Positions 22,068-33,115 of a DNA stretch of 35,737 nucleotides are shown here, piece by piece. Location of the stretch: contig NC_069009.1 of NCBI RefSeq assembly GCF_001194135.2, positions 3,106,861-3,142,597 on the forward strand, written 5' to 3'. A program made the translations under genes and the position numbers. A model generated the notes under the pieces. It did not search any database. It was not told the origin of the DNA and saw nothing but the letters and a program-made list of their open reading frames with translations. Within the stretch, counting starts at the first letter, position 1; each line of letters starts with the position of its first letter. Source of the DNA: Octopus bimaculoides. Its lineage: Eukaryota.

Positions 22068-22569
22068 GTAAGAGTTAATCCTTCAATAACTCACTCCTTC
22101 TGCCCTTTAGGGGTTTTTTGCTCCTCTGAATGTCATCCAATGTGTTGATTTTTTTTTACCTCAGATTTTGTCTTATGTTGTACCCATGTTGTTTGGTTTT
22201 CGCTGCCCCCCCCCCTCACTTTACTAGGCAAAACCATAGCGACTAAGCACCACGGGAATTGTTTGACAAATCAGCTGGCTAGTTTGACAGTGTTGCTACT
22301 CTAACCAAAAGAATAGTTTATTTTTAGAACGACATTGTTGGGTAGGTATGAGCGGCCAGATCTGGTTCATTTGAACATAAAACAGGGAGGATATCTGGGC
22401 CAAATACAGCTGACTTAAATGCCGAAAGGTTAAATATGGTCCACTAAAATGGTTATTTTAATCTAAAGCTGTTTCTGTTCNNNNNNNNNNNNNNNNNNNN
22501 NNNNNNNNNNNNNNNNNNNNNNNNNNNNNNNNNNNNNNNNNNCATAATGTATTTATAGTAATTGTATAT

Positions 22570-22860
22570 GTCTCAGTGGTTAGAGCATCGGACTCACAAT
22601 TGTGCTGTTGTGAGTTCGATTCCTGGACTGGCTGTGTGTTGTGTTCTTGAGCAAGACACTTTATTTCACGTTGCTCCAGTTCACTCAGCTGGCAAAAATG
22701 AGTTGCAACTTCTCTGGCGCCAAGTTGTATCGGTCTTTGCTTTTCCCTCAGACAACATAGGTGGCAGAGAGAGGGGAGGCTGGTATGCATATGTGACTGT
22801 GCCTTGGAAGGGAACTCTCTAGGTGCAATCTCATGGTCATTCATGATTGAAAGGGGTCTT
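22570..22860 (+). mobile_element. tRNA-derived SINE with a CORE/MIR-like central segment
   Basis: Box A-like tctcagtggttagagc, box B-like gagttcgattcc, then cttgagcaagacacttt...ctccagttcactcagctg. An inverse copy is at ~21280-21410; head-only relics at ~2125-2185 and ~35400-35470. Confidence 0.75.
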
Positions 22861-23160
22861 TACCCTCTACCCTATGGACATATAATGGCACGGAGAGGGG
22901 AGGCTGGGATGCACGGGTGACTGCTGGCGTTCCATAAACAACCTTACCTGGGCTTGTCTCTCAGAGGGGAACTTTCTAGGTGCAATCTCATGGTCGTTTG
23001 TGATTGAAAGGGGTCTTAACCCTTTCATGGTTTATCCCCTTCTCTCTGACTTTACCCAAAGATTTGCTTTGCTCCGTCAACCCCCCCATTCCATCAATCC
23101 CCCCCCCTCCCGCCATGTTGTCTTTGTAACCTTCACCATTACCGTTGTCTCTCGTTGCAG

Positions 23161-23269
23161 ATACAAACCAGCCCTGCAGTCTCTAGTCTCCCACATTCTA
23201 CAAAAGCTACAGTTCCGGTACAACCAGTCCCAGCTGGAGGAGTTAGATGACGAGTCTCTTGACGATGAC
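23161..23269 (+). CDS. XPO6: Exportin-6 exon (109 nt)
   Basis: ttgcag|A; YKPALQSLVSHILQKLQFRYNQSQLEELDDESLDDD; |gtaagt. Confidence 0.97.
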
Positions 23270-23894
23270 GTAAGTTAACGAGGAGAACTTTGCTCCCTGC
23301 TTTTGGCGACATTTTTCTCTCCCCCCCCCCTCCAAAAAATAAAACCTTCTCTCTTGTGTGCATACACACACAGGCAAGGATAGGTACAGGTGTGGCTTTT
23401 TGTGGTCAAGGGGTTTGCTTTGTTACCCCTTGGTTTCAGGATCAGTCCCACTGTGTGGCCCCTTGGACAAGTGTCTTCTGCCATCACATCTGGCCGGTCA
23501 ATGCTTTGTGAGGCAACGTGATGGATAGGAACTGTAGATATTCCTGCAGGTCTTCCAATTCTTTGCACTCCACAGATCCAGTTGCTTTCGCCAAACGTCC
23601 TCCTTCAAACACTTCAAAATGGCTATAGTAGAAGGCACTTGCCCAAGGTGCCATGCAGTGGGACTGAACCCGGAACCATGTGGTTGGTAAGCAAGCTACT
23701 TACCACACAGCCACTCTTGCGCCTAATTCAAATAACTTTACAAAGAAAAGAATGAAATTATCTGAAGACTCATTATTCTACCTGTAATAAATTATGTATT
23801 TACCTGTACTGAATTATATATTTACCTGTTTCTAATTATTTATTTACCACTAATTGTTCTTTTGTTTTTTTTTGTTTTTTTTTCTTTCCAACAT

Positions 23895-24260
23895 TTCCTG
23901 TCTCTTCACTCAAATACTTCACTCACTCACCTCTACTCCACTCACTTTCCCCACTCCGCTCAAATACTCACTCACTTCTCCTCTCACATTCCCCTCTCCA
24001 CTCAATTATGTCACTCACTCACTTTCTCAACTCCACTCAAATACTTCATTCACTCACCTCTACTCCATTCACTTCCCTCGCTCCATTCAAATACTTCAAT
24101 CATCTCTACTCCACTCACTTTCCTCACCTCACTCAAATACTCACTCACTCACACTCTCATTTTCCCCTCTCCACTCAATTATGTCACTCCCTTTCTCAAC
24201 TCCACTCAATTACTTCACTCACTCACCTCTACTCCACTCAATCCAACTACTAATCAATCA
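23895..24260. repeat. G-poor (CACT-rich) degenerate minisatellite
   Basis: Repeated cactcaaatacttcactcactcacctctactccactcac modules; source of overlapping Ser/His/Thr/Leu ORFs. Confidence 0.85.
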
Positions 24261-24435
24261 CCTCTCCTGTACCTCTCACCAATTCCTCTCCTACTAATAC
24301 TCATCATTCTTACACCTCCACTCCCACCTCTTTCTCTCTCCCCAATCACACTCCATTCACCTCCAACAACAATACTCCCCACTACCCACCACACCACCAC
24401 CACCACCACCACCTCTTTGCCCCACTGTCCATTAG

Positions 24436-24528
24436 TCAGAGACGGAATGGCAACATTACCTAAGACAGTGCCTTGAAGTGATTGCCAAAGTTGGAGAGAT
24501 TTTAAGCCAAGAGACCTTTCAGCTTTTG
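24436..24528 (+). CDS. XPO6: Exportin-6 exon (93 nt)
   Basis: cattag|; SETEWQHYLRQCLEVIAKVGEILSQETFQLL; |gtaagt. Not captured by the ORF track in this frame. Confidence 0.95.
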
Positions 24529-24539
24529 GTAAGTTAACA

Positions 24540-24814
24540 TTATTATTATTATTATTATCATTATTGAGTGAGAGAGCAGTGCATGCCATCAAAGTGACAC
24601 TGGGGTAAAATATACAAAGCCCATTATACCCATCATGACTACCCGGCTGATAAGGGTACACCAGGCACATGCATCACAACCATATGTGTGCGACATGGTG
24701 ATCTCATATCAAGATAAACAGTGCATGACCTCGCAGGTGGGGCCCAGTTTGAATTTTCTTCAGGTCGAGTAGCCCATCCCACTCAAAAGGTCCCTGAATA
24801 AGGTTTGTTTAAGG
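24540..24814 (-). mobile_element. Interspersed repeat 3' end with a (TAA)n tail, probably LINE/SINE-derived
   Basis: Starts at a (TTA)n tract and runs into gap 24815-25217; family not identified. Confidence 0.4.
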
Positions 24815-25363
24815 NNNNNNNNNNNNNNNNNNNNNNNNNNNNNNNNNNNNNNNNNNNNNNNNNNNNNNNNNNNNNNNNNNNNNNNNNNNNNNNNNNNNNN
24901 NNNNNNNNNNNNNNNNNNNNNNNNNNNNNNNNNNNNNNNNNNNNNNNNNNNNNNNNNNNNNNNNNNNNNNNNNNNNNNNNNNNNNNNNNNNNNNNNNNNN
25001 NNNNNNNNNNNNNNNNNNNNNNNNNNNNNNNNNNNNNNNNNNNNNNNNNNNNNNNNNNNNNNNNNNNNNNNNNNNNNNNNNNNNNNNNNNNNNNNNNNNN
25101 NNNNNNNNNNNNNNNNNNNNNNNNNNNNNNNNNNNNNNNNNNNNNNNNNNNNNNNNNNNNNNNNNNNNNNNNNNNNNNNNNNNNNNNNNNNNNNNNNNNN
25201 NNNNNNNNNNNNNNNNNAAGATCAGAAGCCATGAGAGCCACTGCCTGGTACTGCATCAGGGCTGACATATCGTCAGCCACCAAGGGACATGCTCAACTGG
25301 TTATGGTCTAACAATTGACAAGCAAATCTGTGGTATTAAGCAGAATATTTGCTGTAGCCCATC

Positions 25364-25399
<36 letters not shown>

Positions 25400-25525
25400 A
25401 TTAAGACTGTGAGCTGGCAAAATCCAATGTACCTGATTTTCTTAGGGGTTTGGTACCCATACTCACATTTCACTCTAAATGCCCCTCAATGTCTTTCTTC
25501 ATTGGTTTTTTTTTTTTTTTTCCAG

Positions 25526-25758
25526 AATGACCTCTTCCAAGAATATACAGAGGTGTATTTGGGGCTGGAGCAGTATGTTGTGCCGAATGGGGCCCACGGC
25601 CGCAAGCTGACCATCACAGCAGAGAACGAGTGCCGAAGACTGCACTGTATCCTACGAGATTTGTCTTCCCTGGAGCAGGCTTTAGGGAGGATGGCCGAAC
25701 ATTTCATCGGGGATAGATTTATTAAGAATTTCACTGACGCTGACAATTTGGTACAACG
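25526..25758 (+). CDS. XPO6: Exportin-6 exon (233 nt)
   Basis: (t)n-ccag|; NDLFQEYTEVYLGLEQYVVPNGAHGRKLTITAENECRRLHCILRDLSSLEQALGRMAEHFIGDRFIKNFTDADNLVQ; CG|gtaagt. Confidence 0.97.
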
Positions 25759-28497
25759 GTAAGTTGTTTGGCAGGGTTATTGTCTGGTTCCAGAAGATGT
25801 ATAGCCAAAGGGCTTCTGACTGGATGTATTTTTTCGTTAGGGGTTTCTAAGACTGGATGCCCTTTTTAACACCAGGTACTTTACATAGTGTACAGGATGC
25901 ATTTTATTGTGCATATGTGTATATATATATATATATTACATGATTGAACGCACGCGTCATCCTTGCGACTAAGTTTTAACTTTATATTTCTGACGCGACT
26001 CTATCTATCTTTGTATCTTTCTCCCCCTCTCGTTGTTCTTCGTCTCTCCCCTTCACTACTATATCTCTCTCTGCCTCCCTGTCTCTCGTTGCTCACCTAT
26101 GTTCTACTTCATCCCCTTTTTTCTCCCTCTACCACTCTTTCTCCTTACCTCTCGCTGGTCACATGTGTCCGGCTACTACTTCCTTTCTTATCTTGGCCAT
26201 CGCCAAGCTCACACAAACATTCTTCGTCTTCCTTCCAGTTCGTTGCTTTTCAACATTCAGTATACACATATTTTTTTCACGTCTGGCCGTATAGCCTTTT
26301 TTGTTTATTTTCACTGTTTCATTTTCCTGTCCTGTTTTCTGTCCGCCACTACATTCCTCCACGTAACAAACCTAATTTAAATTTAATTTGTGGTCCGTGG
26401 GAAGAGCCATTCTAACAATGCGTCCTGCCCTAACTCTTCGAAACGCTTAGTTTTAGAATGGTGGCAGCTGATGAAGGAAATGTTCTCTATGTGGCCTGTG
26501 TGTTTTCTGAGCTCTGTTTATCATTTTGTCCATGCTTAGTTTTGCAACGTCCTGTACCCAGATATGCATCTATATATACATGTAGATGTAGGTATGTACA
26601 TACATGTACGTATATATGNNNNNNNNNNNNNNNNNNNNNNNNNNNNNNNNNNNNNNNNNNNNNNNNNNNNNNNNNNNNNNNNNNNNNNNNNNNNNNNNNN
26701 NNNNNNNNNNNNNNNNNNNNNNNNNNNNNNNNNNNNNNNNNNNNNNNNNNNNNNNNNNNNNNNNNNNNNNNNNNNNNNNNNNNNNNNNNNNNNNNNNNNN
26801 NNNNNNNNNNNNNNNNNNNNNNNNNNNNNNNNNNNNNNNNNNNNNNNNNNNNNNNNNNNNNNNNNNNNNNNNNNNNNNNNNNNNNNNNNNNNNNNNNNNN
26901 NNNNNNNNNNNNNNNNNNNNNNNNNNNNNNNNNNNNNNNNNNNNNNNNNNNNNNNNNNNNNNNNNNNNNNNNNNNNNNNNNNNNNNNNNNNNNNNNNNNN
27001 NNNNNNNNNNNNNNNNNNNNNNNNNNNNNNNNNNNNNNNNNNNNNNNNNNNNNNNNNNNNNNNNNNNNNNNNNNNNNNNNNNNNNNNNNNNNNNNNNNNN
27101 NNNNNNNNNNNNNNNNNNNNNNNNNNNNNNNNNNNNNNNNNNNNNNNNNNNNNNNNNNNNNNNNNNNNNNNNNNNNNNNNNNNNNNNNNNNNNNNNNNNN
27201 NNNNNNNNNNNNNNNNNNNNNNNNNNNNNNNNNNNNNNNNNNNNNNNNNNNNNNNNNNNNNNNNNNNNNNNNNNNNNNNNNNNNNNNNNNNNNNNNNNNN
27301 NNNNNNNNNNNNNNNNNNNNNNNNNNNNNNNNNNNNNNNNNNNNNNNNNNNNNNNNNNNNNNNNNNNNNNNNNNNNNNNNNNNNNNNNNNNNNNNNNNNN
27401 NNNNNNNNNNNNNNNNNNNNNNNNNNNNNNNNNNNNNNNNNNNNNNNNNNNNNNNNNNNNNNNNNNNNNNNNNNNNNNNNNNNNNNNNNNNNNNNNNNNN
27501 NNNNNNNNNNNNNNNNNNNNNNNNNNNNNNNNNNNGAGTATATATATATTTAAATTATATGTATTTATTTTATCCTAATTAATATTAATTCGGATAGAAT
27601 AAATGGGTTAATAGAAACCAGGGTAGCAAAGATCACAAAATAACTGTGGTGTAATTCCTGTTTTTGAGGCAGAAACTCCTTGATATTTTGGGTATTTGAG
27701 TATATATATATATAAAAATATTTGTATAGTTCAAATTTACAGAAAATTTAAGCTGAAGACAGATGAAAAAATAACAAGGAATTGTATTAGTTTAACGCTC
27801 AGGAAGAATAGAAAAGATTTTGATGTTTCAAGCCTGTGTTCTTTGACATAAAGGATTAAGAGGGGAAAAAAGGGAGAGAGAATGAAAATAACGGAGAGAG
27901 AAAAAAAATGTGTTCAGCATGACGCACATAACATAAGACAAGTTGTCATTACATATTTTTCCTTTATTGGAGCAAATTTGGCTTACAGCTGTTTCCAGTA
28001 GTCATTTTAGGTGCCTTATTGATGAGTTTACTCAATCAGTCGATTGATCAATTAAGAAAAAATTAATGCTACTTTCGTCAGAGCCATTTCTGGTTATATA
28101 TATATATTCTATAATTATTAACATAATTATAATTGGGGGTCAGCTAATTGCTTCGCCACGCACCGAATTTAGAAATAGGGGATAAAATTCCTTTTCTATT
28201 ACTGTAAAATTTCTCCCAGACAGTAATACACTTTTTACCCTTTTATTAATTAATTAATTTTACCCTTTTATTATTAATATATATATATAGGCGCAAGGGT
28301 GGTTGTGTGGTAAGAAGTTTGCTTCCCAACCATATGCTTCTGGGTTCTGTCCCACTGCTTGGCACCTTGGGCAAGTGTCTTCTGCTGTAGCCTCGAGCCG
28401 ACCATCATATTGTCTCTCTCTCTCTCCCTCTCCCCCTCTCTCTCCCCCTTTCTCTCTCTCTCTTTCACTGTACTTTCTCTGTTTCTCCGTATTGCAG

Positions 28498-28645
28498 ACA
28501 TGCGCAGGCGCTGGCCACTCTGAAGGCGTTTGCCCACTGGCTCTCACAGTACCACTCTGAGTCCCAAAAGATCAGCCAGCCCCTAAAGTTCACCATCCTT
28601 TTCTCTACGCTGGTCGAGGCTACCCTGCCTTTATTCCGGAAACAG
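28498..28645 (+). CDS. XPO6: Exportin-6 exon (148 nt)
   Basis: ttgcag|A; HAQALATLKAFAHWLSQYHSESQKISQPLKFTILFSTLVEATLPLFRKQ; |gtcaga. Confidence 0.93.
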
Positions 28646-28661
28646 GTCAGATCACTTATTA

Positions 28662-28693
<32 letters not shown>

Positions 28694-29396
28694 TTTTGTT
28701 TAAGGTGGTGAGCTGGCAGAATTGTAGGCACTGGCATGGCTGTGTGGTAAGAAGCTTGCTTCCCAACCACATGGTTCTGAGTTCAGTCCTACTGCATGGC
28801 ACCTTGAACAAGTGTCTTCTGCTATAGCCTCGGGCTGACCAAAGCCTTGTGAGTGGATTTGGTAAAAAGAAAACTGAAAGAAGCCAATCACATATATACA
28901 TATATGTGTGTGTGTACACGTGTATTTCTGTTTATCTTAGTTCCCAAACCATCGCTTGACAACCAGTGTTGGTATGTTTACGATATGAATAAATGACTAT
29001 TACATTTAACAGAGTAATCTGAATGCAAAAGGGTTAAACTGGCCATGTCCAGCCCTTATATTCAACCAGTTTTATGTTCAAACTGGCCAGGTCTGGCCCC
29101 TCTCACCTACCCTACAATGTCATTCTAAACTTAAACAATCACATAATCGAACTCTTGAAGCTGTGAGATAATGTATGGTTATGTTTAAAAAAGAATATTA
29201 GCAAGGTGGTGCCCCAGCATGGCCACTGTCTAATGACAGAAACAAGTAAAAAAGTAAAAAAATAAAAACTGAGACAATATTGATACTGGGAGGCAATATT
29301 TATTCCCCACTCAAACATGGATGCATGATTCATCCAAAACAACATGAATAAGTATTACATTTGACAAAGACATCAGAATGCTAAAGGCCTTAATAT

Positions 29397-29650
29397 CAGG
29401 ACTGTGGAGTCCGGGTCAGAAACAATTAACGGATAGCTAGAGTCAGTAAAACTATACTGACTCCGACTCAGAATATCTTTATTCTTTCATATAAACCAGT
29501 TTTAACATATGGACCTACTCTAAGTACAAGCGTATGCATATGCTTTATGAGATCTGTAGACCACAATCACTTAATTACATAAAGAGGAGTCAGAGTCGGA
29601 GGTGCTAATAGTAGAGGAGTCGGAGTCAAAGTTTTTTGTTTTGACTCCTG
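29397..29650. mobile_element. MITE-like relic with GGAGTC/GACTCC subterminal repeats
   Basis: Starts caggactgtggagtc; direct gagtc-gagtc and inverted gactccgactc motifs inside; superfamily (possibly hAT) is inference. Confidence 0.45.
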
Positions 29651-29669
29651 CTTCATATACACCCACACG

Positions 29670-30321
29670 TGGAAGCGCAATGGCCCAGTGGTTAGGGCAG
29701 CAGACTCGCGGTCATAGGATCGCGGTTTCGAATCCCAGACCAGGCGTCGTGAGTGTTTATTGAGCGAAAACGCCAAAAGCTCCACGAGGCTCCGGCAGGG
29801 GATTGGTGGCGAACCCTGCTGTACTCTTCCACCACAACTTTCTCTCACTCTTACTTCCTCTTTCTGTTGTACCTGTAATTCAAAGGGTCAGCCTTGTCAC
29901 ACTGTGTCACGCTGAATATCCCCGAGAACTACGTTAAGGGTACACGTGTCTGTGGAGTGCTCAGCCACTTGCACGTTAATTTCACGAGCAGGCTGTTCCG
30001 TTGATCGGATCAACTGGAACCCTCGACGTCGTAAGCGACGGAGTGCCAANNNNNNNNNNGGCAGGGGATTGGTGGCGAACCCTGCTGTACTCTTCCACCA
30101 CAACTTTCTCTCACTCTTACTTCCTGTTTCTGTTGTGCCTGTAATTCAAAGGGGTCAGCCTTGTCACACTGTGTCACGCTGAATATCCCCGAGAACTACG
30201 TTAAGGGTACACGTGTCTGTGGAGTGCTCAGCCACTTGCACGTTAATTTCACGAGCAGGCTGTTCCGTTGATCGGATCAACTGGAACCCTCGACGTCGTA
30301 AGCGACGGAGTGCCAACAACA
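29670..30321 (+). mobile_element. Full-length tRNA-derived SINE, with its 3' ~255 nt repeated after a 10-N gap
   Basis: Box A tggcccagtgg (29681-29691), box B ggtttcgaatccc (29724-29736), (ACA)n tail at ~30315-30321. Confidence 0.88.
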
Positions 30322-30384
30322 ATACACCCACACGCTTGTTTGTCTGTCTGTCTGTATATCTGTTTATTTATCTTCTATCCTCAG

Positions 30385-30531
30385 ATACCCGAGAAGATTG
30401 TCCAGTCAGCTGCTCATTTACTGCTCTCTCTGATGGTCACAGTACGGCCGTCCTATCTACTACAGATGACCGCTGTCCACAACCTCTACTCACAGATTGG
30501 CCACGGACACTGTAAGGACATGCCACAAGAG
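30385..30531 (+). CDS. XPO6: Exportin-6 exon (147 nt)
   Basis: cctcag|; IPEKIVQSAAHLLLSLMVTVRPSYLLQMTAVHNLYSQIGHGHCKDMPQE; |gttagt. Confidence 0.94.
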
Positions 30532-30814
30532 GTTAGTACCAGGGTTCTGTTGTTGTTTTGCCCCCAAGTTAGTCCAGATATCATCATCATCGTTTAACGT
30601 CCGTTTTCCATGCTAGCATGGGTTGGACGATTTGACTGAGGACTGGTGAAACCAGATGGCTACACCAGGCTCCATTCTGATTTGGCAGAGTTTCTACAGC
30701 TGGATGCCCTTCCTAACGCCAACCACTCTGAGAGTGTAGTGGGTGCTTTTACGTGCCACCAGCACGAGGGCCAGTCAGGCTGTACTGGCAACGGCCATGC
30801 TCAAAATGGTGTTC

Positions 30815-31460
30815 AAACTGTGGCCATCCTGTCTCTAATTCAGGCATAGTGTATCTAGGACTACATTAACTAAAGTATAATATAGTAGTTAGTACTAGTG
30901 GCTATAGTTGTTGCTTGGCCCCAGGTCAGGCCTGATCCAGCAGACCAATGATCAAAAATGCTCCAGCTGTGACCATCCTGTCTTTTATTCAGGCATAGTG
31001 TATCTAGGACTACATTATCTAATGTACAATATAGTACTATTAATGGCTATAGTTGTTTTTTTAGCCCCGGGTCTGTCCTGGTCCACCAGACCTACAATCA
31101 GAGATGCTCCAGCTGTGACCATCCCATCTTTTATTCAGGCATAGTGTATCTAAGACTACATTATCTAATGTATCGTATAGTAGTTAACATTATTGTTGTA
31201 TTGCCTTGGTTAGCTCAACTGAAGCTGACTTATGATCAGAGACGTTCCAACTGTGGCCATCCCATCATTTATTCCAACATGGAGTATCTATGACTACATA
31301 GTTAGTATTAATGCTTATAATTGTTGTTAAGCCCAAGGTCAGTCCTCGTCCGGTTGATCTGTGATCGAAGATGTATTGCCTATTACCATCCTGTCTCTTA
31401 TTGATGCATAGTATATCTAGGACTACATTATCTAATGTGTCCTCTTTTCCAGATGTTAGT
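30815..31460. repeat. Diverged tandem repeat, ~130-150-bp unit, ~5 copies
   Basis: ccatcc anchors at 30824, 30973, 31119, 31257 and 31386, each followed by ...atagt-tatcta-gactaca. Confidence 0.9.
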
Positions 31461-31619
31461 GTATGATACAAGGGTGACTTGACTACTATTTCTATCTATA
31501 CCAGTGGAGGAGTCCCATAGACATTTGCTTGTAATCGTATGTGTTTGTGTGTGAGTGAGAGAAAGAACTAACAGAAAATTTATTTATGAACCTTTCGATC
31601 TGGTTTCAATCCCTGGCAG

Positions 31620-31809
31620 GTGCAGTTGTTGTTGTACAGAGCGTTGTCACATTATCTACTATTGCCGTGGCCACACCTCTCCGATGCTGACCAGGACTGG
31701 GAGAAGCGAGCAGCCTACCATCATGATTTTACGCGGCAACTTACTTTGGAGTTCTGCCAGCTGAGGGATACGCAGGCGCTTGTGGAGAACAAGGCCTTAC
31801 AGGAGAGTG
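31620..31809 (+). CDS. XPO6: Exportin-6 exon (190 nt)
   Basis: tggcag|; VQLLLYRALSHYLLLPWPHLSDADQDWEKRAAYHHDFTRQLTLEFCQLRDTQALVENKALQES; G|gtgagt. Confidence 0.95.
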
Positions 31810-32636
31810 GTGAGTAGTGGTGGTAGTGTTGTGGTGCAAAGACATCATTATGTGTGTGTGTGTGTGTGTGTGTAGCATGAAAACATTTTCTGATTCGGGG
31901 AAACTTTGGGGGTCTCAGATAAATTCATTCATTTTTTTTTTTTTTGCCCATTTATTTTAATCCTTATTTTTTTGGTTGTGTGGTAAGAAGCTTGCTTCCC
32001 AGCCACATGGTTCTGGGTTCAGTCCCACTGTGTGGCACCTTAAGCAAGTGTCTTCTACTATAGCCTCGGGCCAACCAAAGCTTTGTGAGTGGATTTAATT
32101 GACAAAAACTGAAAGAATCTTGTCATATATATATATATANNNNNNNNNNNNNNNNNNNNNNNNNNNNNNNNNNNNNNNNNNNNNNNNNNNNNNNNNNNNN
32201 NNNNNNNNNNNNNNNNNNNNNNNNNNNNNNNNNNNTTATTTCGTCCGCCGCTACGTTCTTAGCCAGACTAGAATTATTCACTAGCCTGATTGGTCTGGCT
32301 AAGTCAAAATGGTTTTATGTATTCTTCCTTTCCACTTGGATTGTTTAAATGTAGTTACAAAAATATGTCCTTCTGCTGAAATGAAATTTCAGTAAATTTT
32401 CTGTATCTTTGTGCAGCTGAAGATTGTTCTGCATTTTACATTTGATGTAATGTTCACATTGCTTAATTAAATGGAGTCGCATAAAACGATCTTACTGCAT
32501 TAACTTTGGATATCCTTATTGCTTATTTTGATTTTAATCACCTTATTTTGGAATTGTATGGATAATACCATACTTAATTCTGGTGCCTAAACTTAAGTAC
32601 CATATTCACCTTGAATCTAAATTTTATATATGTGTA

Positions 32637-32677
<41 letters not shown>

Positions 32678-32959
32678 GATATATCAGTGCAGGCATGGCT
32701 AATTGGCACAGGTGTGACAGTGGTAAGTAGCTTCTTTACCAACCACATGGTTCCAGGTTCTTATCCTACTGCATGACACCTTGGGCAAATGCTTTCTACT
32801 ATAGCCTCGGGCCAACCAAAGCTTTGTGAGTGGATTTAATTGACAAAAACTGAAAGAATCTTGTCATATATATATATATATATATAAATATGTGTGTGTG
32901 TGTATAAATAGATAAATGATTATGTATATATATCTTTTCATTTATCTTTCTGTCCACAG

Positions 32960-33115
32960 CAAAGTGCCTGATTGAAAACACGTTAAAGATGTGCCAGGAT
33001 TGGATCGAGAACATTGCTTCGGAGTCAAACAAAAGCAAACAGATATGTTACCAATCCCTACACGAAATTGTCCAGGTGACACTGGCCATTTTTCCAGTCT
33101 ACATACACCAACCAG
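32960..33115 (+). CDS. XPO6: Exportin-6 exon (156 nt)
   Basis: ccacag|CA; KCLIENTLKMCQDWIENIASESNKSKQICYQSLHEIVQVTLAIFPVYIHQP; G|gtgtgt. Confidence 0.94.

Noticed and set aside
23854-24476. Ser/Leu/His/Thr-rich ORFs of 147-204 aa
   Set aside because: Translations of a G-poor minisatellite; only 24436-24528 has splice sites and XPO6 similarity.
26395-26480. Another hammerhead (gaagag...ctcttcgaaacg and ctgatgaagg)
   Set aside because: The core halves are in the wrong order and spacing, and I could not build stems I-III.
26458-27582. Long ORFs such as 374 aa, 329 aa, 287 aa (12177..13040) and 181 aa (33951..34496)
   Set aside because: Mostly X residues from N-gaps, flanked by microsatellite translations.
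29670-29745. tRNA genes (also 22570-22640, 2125-2185, 35400-35470)
   Set aside because: A and B boxes are present, but they run into SINE bodies or are decayed, with no convincing cloverleaf. They are SINE heads.
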